Shown here: positions 1 to 12,100 of the stretch, piece after piece
Layout: every line of letters starts with the position of its first letter
Position numbering within the stretch: position 1 is the stretch's first letter
Assembly: GCA_048213135.1 (NCBI GenBank)
Contig: PS015020.1
Span: 330,430-372,996, forward strand
Source: Reclinomonas americana ATCC 50394
Lineage: Eukaryota
Direction: 5' to 3'
Length of the DNA stretch: 42,567 nucleotides
Notes under the pieces: generated by a model
Told to the model about the DNA's origin: nothing
Database searches by the model: none
Seen by the model: only the letters and a program-made list of their open reading frames with translations
Position numbers and translations under genes: made by a program

Positions 1-22
1 CCCCCTCATACGCGAAATGCAG

Positions 23-1430
23 TGCAAGGATCTGCACGCCATGGTCGTCATTCTCGACGGCTACGACGAGTGCGTCGAGCCACCGCGGCAGCTGTTTGAT
101 GCGCAGACGTTTGCTGTTGCGTGTGCCCTTCATTTACTCATTTTTTCCGCACGGGCTCACTCGCAATGGCAGGCGTGGCCCAATTTGCTGCTGATCGTGT
201 CGGTGCGGCGTGAGTTCCTGCTCAGTCTCGGTGCCTGCGACGCACTTGCTTTCTTTGCCCCGTCGGCACCGCGATCCGCGCTGGCACAGTGCCATTTGCG
301 GCTGCTGGAGCAGGACGATGTGGACGAATTCCTCCGACGGTGAGAACTCACATGGCCCTCGTCCCCTCCTTCCTCACCTCCTCACCCTCCTCTTCTGTTC
401 GCCGCAGGTTCGTGGTCAAAAAGTCGCGCGGCTACAGCCCGCGCACGACGTGGGAGACGTATCGCGAGTTTCTAGAATCGATCCCCGGTCTGAGGGAGAT
501 GGCGCGCTCGGTGAGACTGTCGCACTCGTCCGAGAGTGGTGCCTCGCACTCACCGTGCGCACTTTGTGCAGCCGCTGCTGTTGAACATGTTGGTGTCGGT
601 CAAAGATGCACTGCGTTCGGCCGCCGCCGAGCGATGCATCACACTCGGCTTTGTCTTCGAGTCGCTGGTGCAGCGAAAGATCGACTGGGAGTGTCGTCAT
701 CACGCTGCCGACATTGAGAAAGTGCGTGCGGTCACTATCCGTATTCATGTGCGCGCGTTACACTCACTCGATTACACGCACACATGCAGTATTTTGTGTC
801 GTCCCGAGAGCAGTTTGCAGAGAGCGTCTTGCAACTCTGCACGGATGTGGCCGGCGAAATGATGCGGTCGTCGGTTTCCATTGTACAGCCCTTTGTTGCG
901 TTTCTCAATCACACACTCTCTCATTTTTCTCATATCTCCCGCTGACTCCAATCCCACAGACGGAACCCGGCACACTGTTAATGGCCGAGTCAGGTGCTTC
1001 ATCTTCTTCCTCCTCCCCCAACGGCGGCGGAGGCGGCGGCAATTCACGTGCAGCGATCGCGGCGCGAGCCGCCAGCCGGATATGGGATACGCGCTTTTTC
1101 AATGTCGAGCCGCATCACGTCACATCGCAGCGTGGTGCGCTGCTGAGGGTTGCGCGCATGGCGCAGCCGCCATTCGCGACCTTTCTGCACCGCTCCATGC
1201 TCGAGTATTTTGCCGCTTGCGACTGGCTCCTCACGTTGTCCCGTCTCACCAACGAGGGAGTGTCGGATGAGGTGCGCTTATGCAGTCTCATGCAATTAGT
1301 ATTCTCCTCGTATCTCAACCGTTTTATTCCTCGCAGGAGCGTCTCGACATGCTCAGCCACTCGCTGGTGGGACAGGTGTTGTTGACACGGAACAAGGATG
1401 TTGCGTCCGCTATACATTCCCTTCTCTTCT

Positions 1431-1492
<62 letters not shown>

Positions 1493-4400
1493 NNNNNNNN
1501 NNNNNNNNNNNNNNNNNNNNNNNNNNNNNNNNNNNNNNNNNNNNNNNNNNNNNNNNNNNNNNNNNNNNNNNNNNNNNNNNNNNNNNNNNNNNNNNNNNNN
1601 NNNNNNNNNNNNNNNNNNNNNNNNNNNNNNNNNNNGCTCACCCGCGAACCGCACAGACTCCTCGCGTCGTGCTCACATTCATTGCGGACCGCGCGCGGAA
1701 CGACGAGGCCGTGCAGCAGCAGTTGTGGCGCTGCATTGAAATGTCACGCGGTCAAGACGAGCCGGCCGTCATCACGGCGGCGGCGAGTGCGGCGGCGGTG
1801 TTGTGCGTCGCACGTGTGCCGTTCTCGGGTCGCGACTTGAGTGGCGTGCGCCTGCGCAATGCCGATCTGCGCGACATGATTGCGCAGCGCGCGGTGTTCC
1901 GTGGCGCCGACCTGCGAGACGCTGTGCTGGAGGAGGCGTACTGCCGCGAAGCCGATTTTTCACAATGCCAGTTGGCAAACGCGCGCCTGACGAGCACCCC
2001 CGAGTTGGTGCATGCGGGCGAGGTGCGTGCTGCGGCGCTGTCGGCCGACGGACGACGCTTGGTGAGCGCCGCCGACGATCAAACCCTGCGCGTGTGGGTC
2101 GCTGAAAGCCACGAATTGCTGGCGTCCCATCGAGTGGGTGGTGTGGTGGGAGTGCTGGCGCTGGCCGGTTCCGATCGCTGCTTGGTGGCGTACACGGCCT
2201 CCCGAGCAGCTGCGGCCGCCGCCGCTTCGGCCGCCGACGGCAGCAACCCCAGCAACGTTGGTGTTATTGCGTTGTTGTCGCTGCAAGACGGCCGCGAAGA
2301 GGGTGTGCTTGCGGGCCACACGGGCACGGTGCGTGCGCTGGCCGTGTCGAGTGACCACACGTCGCTGGCGGTGAGCGGTGGCGACGACCACACGGTGCGC
2401 GTGTGGGCTCTGGAGAGCTTCCAGCAACTGCGCTGCCTGGAGGGGCACCAGGCGAGTGTGCAGACGGTGGCGCTGTCGTCGGGCATGCACCGGGTGGTGT
2501 CCGGCAGTCGTGATCGCACACTACGAGTGTGGGACGCCGACTCGGGAGCGCAACTGCATGTGCTGGAGGGACACACTGGCGCGGTACTGTCGGCTCTTAT
2601 CACCATCGACGATTCGCTGGTGGTCAGCGGTTCGGGCGACGGCACGCTGCGCGTGTGGTCACTGACCACGGGCGCGGCGGTGCGCACCATGAGCGGACAT
2701 GACGGCGGTGTCGCGTGTGTGGCGCAGACGGCCAGCTCGGACGTGCTGGTCAGCGGCGGTGTCGACTGTACGGTGCGACTGTGGTCGCTGGAGAGTGGTG
2801 CCCAGCTGCAACTTCTCGGCTCGCACGCCAACCCAGTGACCGTGGTGTCCGCCGCCCGATCGGCCAACACAATCGCCAGCGGCGGTTTGGATCGGCGTGT
2901 TCGTCTCTGGTCGCTCGCCGTTCCCAACCGATCACCATTCGGTGTCAGTCACCACGAACATCATCATCAACTACACCACCACAATCAGCAACACGATCAG
3001 CAACTTAATAATCAGTCGAATCGGTCGGTCGTTCGTGTGGTGGAGGTGACGCCCGACAACAGCTGCGTTGTCAGTGCCGGCACAGACAATATTGTGCGGT
3101 TGTGGTCACTGGCGAGCGGCGAGGAAGCCCGGAGGCTACCATGCTCAGACCTCACAGGCGTGCGACTGGCCCCCAACGGCAAGTGGATCGTGACCTGCAG
3201 CAGCGACCGCACTCTGCGGGTGATTCCGGTGGCGGCGGCGCCGGAGCTGGCCTCGCCGCGCGTTCTGCAAGGTCACCTAGATCGCGTGACGTGTGTGGCG
3301 GTTTGCAACGACGCGCAGCTGCTGGTCAGTGGCGGCGCGGATGCCACGGTGCGTGTGTGGACTGCGGTGTCGGGCGCCGAAATCGTGCAATACAGCGTGG
3401 ATCCGGGCAGCACGGTCACCGCCGTGGCGTCGTCGCCTGACGGACGCCAGGTAATTGGCGGCACCGACACTGGCGCCATTGTGATATGGTCGTTTGCCAG
3501 GCTCGGTGTGAGTGGCGCCGCTGCCGGTGGCGAGCTGCGGCGCATGCAACCGCACCGCGCGGCAGTGAATGGCCTCACGTGCACACCGGACGGCATCTAC
3601 TTGCTGAGTTGCAGCTCCGACGGCTCCATGGTGGCGTCGCTGCTGGCCACGGGTGCAGCTGCGCGACGCTTCGAGGTCGTGAGTGGAGCTGCGTTCCTGG
3701 CCGTCGCAGTGTCGCCGGCCGACGGCGATCTGGTGGCAGTTGCCTGTGCCGACCACTCGATTCGTTTGTGGTCGCTGGCCAGTGGTACCTCCCTTGGCGC
3801 ACTGCACGGTCACGTGTCGCCGCCGCACTCGGTCGCCGTGTCGCCCGACGGCAAGCGCGTCCTTAGCGGTGCTTCTGACAATACCATTCTCGTGCACTGC
3901 GTGATGGAGGGTGCCGGTGGTGGCGTCGATGCCGTGTCGCCGCACCATGTGGCGGTCTCTGTGCCGGGAGCAGATGTGCGGTGAGTTGCAACGGGGGAGG
4001 TTGGGAGGTGCTTCTACTCACAAGTCTGTGCGTCCCCCTAGTGCACCGTTTGTGCTGCATCGCGTGTTGAGCGTGGACGGCGGCGCAACGTGCGGTCGCG
4101 ATTTCTCCGGCTGTCGTTTCGAGCATGCGCACGGACTGCCGGCAGGAGCCGCCGCAGTAGCAGCAGTCGCCCCCGTGGCGCTGTCGCCCGCTCGAAGCAC
4201 GGACCTGACAACCACTGCAGCAGCAGCAGCGCGGTCACCCGCACCACGTCCGTCTCCCCACGTATCCGCGGCAACGCCTCCTCCATCTCCACCGCCGCCT
4301 GCGGAGAGCCGTCCGTCACCGAGCGGCGTGTCGGCCAATGCGCCCGAGCCGACGCTCGCCTTGGAGGGCTTCAAAAAGGGCGGCATCTTCAACACGACAT

Positions 4401-4690
4401 GGCAAGCGCGTCGCTTGGAGCTACTGCCCACACAGCGTCTCATCCAGTACTACACACCCGGCAAGGACACCGCCAATGGCAACATTGTGCTGACCGACGC
4501 CACGTTTTCGACGCATTCCGAACCCGATCAGCACGACGGCCTGCAGATCTTTGCCGTCACTGTCAATCCCAAGGAGGCCACCACTCGCCGCCAAAACTAC
4601 GTGCTCGGCTTGCGCACACGCGCCGAGCAGGACGCGTGGGTGGCCGCGCTCGAGCAGTCTGGCGCACGTCGCATTGCCCCGCAGTCCTGA
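23..4690 (+). CDS. NACHT NTPase - pentapeptide repeat - WD40 repeat protein with C-terminal PH domain (multi-exon, 5' partial)
   Basis: Walker-B-like VVILDGYDE; LLIVSVRREFL; PLLLNML; FLHRSMLEYFAA; AAASAAAVLCVARVPFSGRDLSGVRLRNADL (pentapeptide block); many GH...WD/WS repeats; PH-like GFKKGGIFNTTWQARRLEL...YVLGLRTRAEQDAWVAAL. GT-AG introns (e.g. 116-172, 340-408, 511-571, 722-789, 3981-4041) join these blocks; 3981-4041 links ORF 1669-3984 to ORF 3911-4690 in frame. Walker A is not in the window. Confidence 0.88.
1433..1635. repeat. (CT)n microsatellite plus assembly gap (N 1493-1635) within a gene 1 intron
   Basis: Direct observation. Confidence 0.95.
1810..1995 (+). other. Pentapeptide repeat domain of gene 1
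   Basis: RDLSG VRLRN ADLRD ... AVFRG ADLRD AVLEE AYCRE ADFSQ CQLAN ARL: A(D/N)LXX periodicity. Confidence 0.85.
2000..3900 (+). other. WD40 repeats of gene 1 (about 13-14, probably a double beta-propeller)
   Basis: Repeated LxGHxxxVxxVAxSxDxxxxVSGxxDxTVRVW. Confidence 0.92.
4355..4660 (+). other. PH domain of gene 1
   Basis: EGFKKGGIFNTTWQARRLEL, LIQYY, GNIVL, IFAVTV, YVLGL...EQDAWVAALE with the conserved helix Trp. Confidence 0.8.
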
Positions 4691-4694
4691 TGTC

Positions 4695-4700
4695 AATAAA
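4695..4700 (+). promoter_or_regulatory. Possible polyadenylation signal AATAAA of gene 1
   Basis: AATAAA 4 nt after the TGA; the next ATG is at 4727. Confidence 0.35.
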
Positions 4701-4726
4701 CTGTCTGATTGACCGACACAAAGAGA

Positions 4727-5138
4727 ATGGTGGAAGCAGAGTGCGCGTGGCTGGTGAGCGAGTCGCACACTGTGCTGCTCATGGCTCTTGCTCACTCTCT
4801 CTCTCTCTCTTTCTCACAGTGGTCACTGTTCTCTGAGGGCGCTCCTGTGTTGCGCCCCCGCGTGCTTGCTCCCTCTGCAGCAGAGGAGATCGCTCTCCTG
4901 CGACGCGCATGCTCCGACGCCGGGCAGTCGCTGGACGCACTGAAACGAGCTCACGGGGCGCGGTCTGTGTCACGTGCACATTCACATCTACAACACTCAC
5001 ACTCACTCCCCCCAATGCACACAGATGCACAGCGTGTGGAGGTACCGCGCGAGGCAAGGGCGTCTCCACAGCTGCGCAGCTGGTGTGGGACTTGGATTTT
5101 GAGTCGCGAGTGGCCCGCGCAACTCGTGTGCAGGTGCG

Positions 5139-5209
<71 letters not shown>

Positions 5210-5782
5210 ACTGGCACACAGTTCCTGTGCGATCGGTGCCTTGTGTTGACCTCGACCGAGTCGTTCTTGGAGCTCACCAATCGCGCGGATCCGTCGGAGA
5301 GTGCGGCAGAGGTGCAGCAGCTGATTGCGCACTGGGCGCGCGTCAACAAGAGCATTGGGGATGGCGATCAGACGCACGCCATTCAGCAGTGCTTCTCGCT
5401 GGCGCACGCGCTCAAGGTGCTCGCGCGCAACATTCCCGGCTGGACGCACTATGCGCATCGTGAGCTGTTGCAGTCGTTGCCGAGTGCGGTCGGGCCCAAG
5501 CGATCGAAGGAGGAGGAGGTGGAAGGGGAGGTGGAGGAGGAGCCGTCAGTCAAGAGACCGAAGAAGAGCGCGCAGAAGAAGAACAAGAAGCAGAAGGTGG
5601 CGGAGAAGGAGGAAGAGGGCGAGGATGAGGATGAGCAGGTGGCAGTGAGGAAGACGAAGCCAGCGATGAAGATGAAGAAGAAGAAGACTGCTGCGGCGGC
5701 GGCAGTCGGTGGATCGGTGGCGGCTGTGAAGCCCAAGCTGAAGAAGTTGAAGAAGAGTGTGGTGGTCAAGAGGATAAAGTGA
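4727..5782 (+). CDS. Zn-binding HNH-like fold protein with acidic then Lys-rich tail (4 exons)
   Basis: Introns 4754-4819, 4963-5024 and 5134-5221 give ...HGARCTACGG...AQLVWDLDFESRVARATRVQFLCDRC...IAHWARVN...QCFSLAH...PGW, then KKSAQKKNKKQK...KLKKLKKSVVVKRIK*. Introns 2+3 total 150 nt and restore the frame. Confidence 0.7.
5141..5206. repeat. (CA)n(CT)n compound microsatellite in gene 2 intron 3
   Basis: Direct observation. Confidence 0.95.
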
Positions 5783-6183
5783 GGCGTGTTTGGTTTTGTC
5801 TCTCGTGGTGATTGTGACAAGGTGCATTCATCTGCTGGGGTACGAGGTGGAGAGGTCATGCAGTCGAATGTCAGATCCACGGACCGCATCGCGATGACTG
5901 TGAATTGATGACTGCGATCCGGAACTCAGAACAGCGAGTAACAGTTGTGGCAACCGCTTCTCTCTTGACTGCGACGTCGCCCGCATTGGATGCGTCACGA
6001 ATAACGCATGCAGTTAACGTTGCCAATAGTGTACGCAGCGTATGAATGTGGCGGGAAATGAATCTGATTATTACAATCAGCGCTGCGGCGGGAGAGAGAT
6101 CGCCGCTTTCCCCCCACAAGTGTGGCGTACACACACCAACGAAACAAGTGTGGTGCCACGTCGCACAGAGGCCGCCATTGAGC

Positions 6184-9100
6184 ATGATAATCGAACATAC
6201 CGCAGTTGTGCGTCCTTCCTCCTCCCCCTCTCTCACACACACACACGCACACTCACTGCGGCGAGCACAGCGACACCAACAATGGCAGTGGTCTCTTGCC
6301 GTCGTCTTCATGCTGCTCGTGGCCATGAGCGCCACCGCAGGTGATGGAGACTGCACATGTGATTTTTTCGCGCGCAATCTTCCTCTGTCTCTCACTCGCT
6401 CGCACACTCGATCACAGCGGGTCAGCTGAGTGAGACCATCACCAACGTGTCGGCCTCCTCCTCTGCCTCCACTGCCACCACACTCACCATCACCATCACG
6501 CCCAGTGGACCTGCGCAGGTGGCCTATGGCACCACCCCGAGATTCGACATGCAGTGGGTCGACAGCTCAGCGGCTGCGCAGGCGGCAAGCAACGCCGACG
6601 TGACGCCACTCGGCCCCGTCACTGCGCTCACGCCCAGTGTGTGTGCCTGGTCGACATCGACACCCGTCGCCTCCACCACCTGCGTGTTGACGGGACTGAC
6701 GCCCGCCACCAACTACTATCTGCGGGTGAGTGGAGCCTCGTCGCTCACTTACCAGCAGTGTGTGCGTCAGCTGATTGCTGGTTGGCAGATACGCGTGGCC
6801 ACCGACAGCAGCACTGGCGCGTGGTACTACACCGCGTCGACTCTGTTGCACACGAGTCTGCAGGAGACCGTGAGCATGACGGTGACCAGTAGCACCACCA
6901 CTGGCTTTGTGGTGGCGCTGGTGCCGAGCGGCGCCTACCAGGCGGCGTATGGCACCTATCAGAAGTTTGAGTTGAACACAGTGAGCAGCACGGCGGCGGC
7001 GACGGTGGCGGGAGGCGGCACCATCAATGATGACAGTACAGATTCTGTGTCGTTCTCGCCGTCGCCGTGCACATGGGCCGCCGCTGCCAGCACCTCGTGC
7101 ACGATTGTCGGTTTGAATGCGGGCAAGACGTACTACTTTCGGGTGCGTGCACCCCTCCTGCGACTTTGCAGAGAACAACTCGCCTGTGACTCACCACCGT
7201 GTGGTGTGCTGCAGATGCGTGTGAAAACCAGCAGTTACACGGGTGTTTGGGCGTACTACGTGCCGGCATGCCGCACGATGCTGAGTCAGACACTGTCGGT
7301 CGCCGTCACGAGCACCACCACCACAACTGTGGTGCTGAGTCTGCAGCCGTCGGCGGTCGCCTCCTCGTCTGCCACCACGCCCAAGTTCGACATTTACAGT
7401 GCCATTGGCGGTGGCACGCCAGCTGCAGTCACCAACGTCGCTCCCTCGACGTGCACGACGTGGTCCAAGCTGCAAACCAGCGTTGCGTGCTTGAGTGAGT
7501 GTCACACTCTGTTTGTCTTGGTCTCTGTGCACTTATTTATGCTCTGCCCGCAGCCTGTCGTGTGCACCGTGTACGGACTGGCGGCGGCGACCACCGTTGC
7601 GTGGAGTCCCTGAACAATCTTGCCGTGCCCGCCACTCACCTCATGCCCCACAGTTTGCATTCCGTGTTCGTGTGGCCGATGGAACGACACTCGTCGGTGC
7701 CTGGAGCGGAGACTTGAGCGGTGAGGGAGACGAAGGTATTCGTCATGCAGCTTTTTTGGATGCTCACTCGACACGCAGCGACCACGGCGGTGTGGTCTGG
7801 CGTCAATCTCGTGGATCCATTCATCAATGCTGCGCAGTCCACGGCCACCACCATGACATTCTACATTACTCCGTCGACGGCTGCACCGAGCTTCCTGTGC
7901 ATGTTCATGATTTACTCGACGTTTCGTGTGTTAGACCCTCACAACCGAGCGGATTTTCTGCGACGATGCTAACCCGTCTTGCTGCAGCACAAACCTATCG
8001 ACTGCGCTGTCGCAGCAGAGCATCTGCTGGTGGACTACGATCTCTCCTTCGTCGTGCACGGTTGCGTAGTAGCACAGCTGCAGTGAGTTGCCGTCTTTGC
8101 AGTTGTACTCAACGTACCACTGCATGCACCTTGCAGGTCACCGGTCTCACGCAGGGAACGACGTACAACTTTCAAGTCAAGGCATACTATCTGAGTGGCT
8201 CGGGCGCCCTCTCCAGTGTCATCAGTGGTCTGTAGGATTTGTTTCACCCGATGCTCAAGTGTACCCGTTCTCACCCCCGACATTACGCGCAGGGGTAACA
8301 CGACTTGCGGCGACCGCCACCATCTCGTCGGTGGTCTCCGTCTCGTACACCTCGGCGGTGGTCGAGTTGGCGGCCAGTGCGGCGTCGCTGGGTACCACGC
8401 CCGTGTTCAGTGTGTTCGAGTCGGCTGTGCTGGGCACGGCAGTCACCTTTTCGGCACCGTGCACGTGGAGCGCGGCCACAACCCCGCTGCAATGCACGGT
8501 GCGTTTCAAGTGCCGCTGCGTCACGGGCGTGATTCTGGCGTGCTTGACATTGGATGTTGCAGATTATCAACCTGCAGGCAGGCTACCGGTACAGTCTCAC
8601 AGCCACCGTGCAAAACTCATTGACGTTCTCGGCCACCCCTTCGTCTGTGGTCTATGGTGCGTCACTCGGCATCTCACATTTTCATTCTCCTCTGCTCACA
8701 ATATAACTGCAGTCGCCACTCCCATCTCCGCCACCCTCACCTTGTCGACGGTGGTCACCGTCATTGGCAACCAGTGAGTCGCTTCCTCCTTCCGTGTGTC
8801 ATTGCCCTGTCGGTGGCCGCTGAACGTACCTCATGTGCATTCCAGAACCAAATTGTCGGTCAATCCAAGTGCATCGGCGCCGGGACAAGATACAAGCCCA
8901 CGCTTCGAGTTCTTTGTCGACGGTGACTCCTCGTTTTCTGCACTGGCCGTGTCGCCCTCGCCTTGTCAGTGGAAGTTGTCGTCGTCTACCACATGCACTC
9001 TGTCTGGATTGACAACTCCCGCCGAGTACAATGTCCGTGCTCGGCTGGTGACCGACCTGTTCTCCGTCAGTGCTGCCAGTACCGCCGTCGCCACGTTCAA

Positions 9101-12100
9101 GACGAATCTGGTGGAGACCCTCACCCTGGTGAAGAGCACTGCGCTGAGCAACAGCATTACTCTCACGCTGACACCAAGTGGTGTGGCGAGGTATGTCGCT
9201 ACACTCACCTCTCTTCATTGCTTACCGCGTGCACTCACACGCGAGCTCGCTGCTCCGTCGCAGTGTGGCCTATGGAACGACACCGCGCATCGAAGTGAGC
9301 GTGTCGGGATCGGTAGTGAGCACATGCGCCTGGTCAACGGCGTCGGTGGCGGCCGTGGATTGCACGGTCACAGGCCTCCAGCCGCTGACACAGTACACGT
9401 TGAGCAGTCGTCTCGTGACGGATCGCTTTGTGTCCAGCAGTCTCACTTCGCAAGGTGGGCTGTGGAGTCGCGCAACAGCGAGATGAGGAGACTGAGCCTT
9501 GCTGATTACATGTCCCTTGTTTACAGTGTGGACTGCACTGCCGGCCTCGATGGTTCTCGATCGCTTCGAGCTGGACACCAGCACCACCAACCCCGTAACG
9601 CTACGGCTCAAGGCTTCAGATCCTCCCCCGGCTGGCACGACGTCGTCGCCAGTCTTTCAAGTCATTGACGACAATGATTTGTCGCAGACACCTCTCGCTT
9701 TCACGGCCTCCTGCGACTGGACGAACAGGGGCATGGTTTCGTGCGCTCTCTCCAGCCTGTCCTCTTTCACGGCGTATTCTTTGCGTGCACGGCTCTACGC
9801 ACCGCCGTATGCGCCTGGTGTGCTGTCTGCGGCCCTGACGTTCACCACGCCGTTTACGGTGACCGCGACGATAACATCGTCTGTGTCCAGCACTCCCACC
9901 ACTGCCACTGTAGCTGTCGTCGCCTCCGAAGTGGCTGCGTTGCGTGCTGTCCGTGACTACTCGCATTCTTGTGTCTGTCTGTATTGTGACCGTCGATCTT
10001 GTGCAGCGTGAACTATGGAGCGCAACCTGTGTTCCAGATTGTGAACAACACTAACCAGAGCACTGTGCTGTCCACATCCGCTCCCTGCACATGGTCGGCT
10101 GCGTTGACCGCCGCCATCAATTGCACGATCACCGGCCTCAGCGCAGCCACCACCTACGCATTTAAAGTTCGTGTGGCAACCACGCTGGCCACCGGCGATC
10201 TCTCTGCTTCATTCACAGGTGCGCTGAAAACACAGATTTCTCTGTATTCGTCAACTGTTGCTGCACACTTAAATCTCCCCTGTATCATCGGCAGCACGCA
10301 CGGCGGTGAATGCCTCAGTGGCCGCGCAGCTCTCGACTGCCGTCGATGCACTTACGCCCACTAGGTGCGTGCGTCTGTTCCCCCGCGTTCACGGAGTGAT
10401 CGATAGAAAGTTGACACCGTTGTGCGTGCACAGCGCGGTACTGTCGTTGACTGCGTCCGCCGCACCACCGGGTGGCGAACCGAATCCGCGATTTGAGATC
10501 TATGCCGACAGCGATGCCAATTTGACGGCATTGCCGACGAATCCGGCCGTGTGCACATGGACTGGCACCGCTGTGCGGCTGTGCACCCTCACTGGACTCA
10601 CATCACCAACTGCGTACCAGCTTCGTGCGCGACTGGTCACCAGTCTCTACTGGGCCAGCACTCCGTCGGCGTTGTTGCAGTTCACCACGCCACTCGCCAA
10701 TGCGGCCGATGCGTCGCCATCTATTGTTGTCACAAGTTTGGCTGCTCGTGGGTACGTCTTCGTTCTTTTTCTCTCCACCTCGTGTGTGGTAGCTCACCAT
10801 GTGTGCTCTGTTGCGTAGTGCTGTTGTCTCCGTGACGCCCGTCTCGGCAGCATCACACACGGGGGCGCACTTTGAGTTTGTCGCCGACAGTGCGCCGCAG
10901 ACACTGTTGACCACATCGCCAACGCCGTGTGTATGGAGTGCAGCCACGGCCACCGCCTGCACGCTCACGGGCCTCGTGGCGAATCAGGGCTACGCTGTGC
11001 GCGCGCGAGTGGCGGCCGATGGTGTCGGTGCATCGGCTCTGTCGGCCACCGCCGCCAATTTCACCACTCTCCTCGACGTCTCCGTGCTCGTCAGTGCCCC
11101 TGCTCCGCGGGTTTCGTTGACGAGCGCCGTCGTTGTGCTGCAGCCGTCGTCGATTGCCACCGCTGCTCTCGGCAGCAACCCACGCTTCGAGATTGCGCTC
11201 GCCAACGGCGCCACGCCAACGCTGCTGCAGACGGCACCCACCGTGTGTGTGTGGTCGAACGCCACCACGTCGCCCGTGAGTTGCACTGTGAGCGGACTGG
11301 CAAGTCAGGCACAAAATCTGTTGACGGTACGTGTGCGTACCAACTCCAACAGCGGCGCCTGGAGTCCGAACACGCCTGGTATGCGCCGCCTGCCACCGTT
11401 ATTCTATAGTGTTGCACATTGACTCTCCAATTCTGTGCCAGTGAACACCTTGCTTGCCGTCGCGACCACCTGTACAGTGGCGGCGGTGTCGCCCAAGCGC
11501 GTGTCGGTGACGTTGAGCGGCACTCGAGCGCCGACCGACTCTGACGGCTCGAGCCCGCGATTCGAGGTGGCGATGGACGGTGCCACCGGCACGCCACTCG
11601 CGACGTGGCCCACTCGCTGTGCGTGGACTGCGCCACCCAGTGGCGGTGCACAACCAACCACCACTTGTGACATTCTTGGTGTCGTCGGTGCCTCGCTCAA
11701 ATTTGTGGCTCGTGTGCGCACCGACTCGTTAGTTGGCGTGTGGTCGGCAGCCACGTTGGCTGGTGAGCTCGTGAGAATTTCCCCTGCAGTGCGACCTGTA
11801 CTCTCTCACGTGCCAGTCATATCTGTCCCTCCTTGTTCTTTGCAGTAACGGTACCGGGGCCTACGTGCACGGGCACCACGCAGCTGGCGGTGTCACTGGG
11901 AGGCGGGTCAGTGACGGTGAACGACGGCAGTGTCTCCAGTAACATGTACAGTCCAGATCTCTCGTGTCTCTGGGTGCTCACGGTGCGTGCAGAAAACTCA
12001 GCTCTTGTTTTTTCCGAGACTCCTGTGTGACCAACTCTCTATTCTCCCGCTCCCTCTAGTCCACCACCGACGTGCCTGTCGGTGGCTCCCTTCTTGTTCT

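Noticed and set aside
5783-6183. Possible ncRNA or tRNA in the intergenic spacer
   Set aside because: No recognisable cloverleaf or snRNA motif by eye
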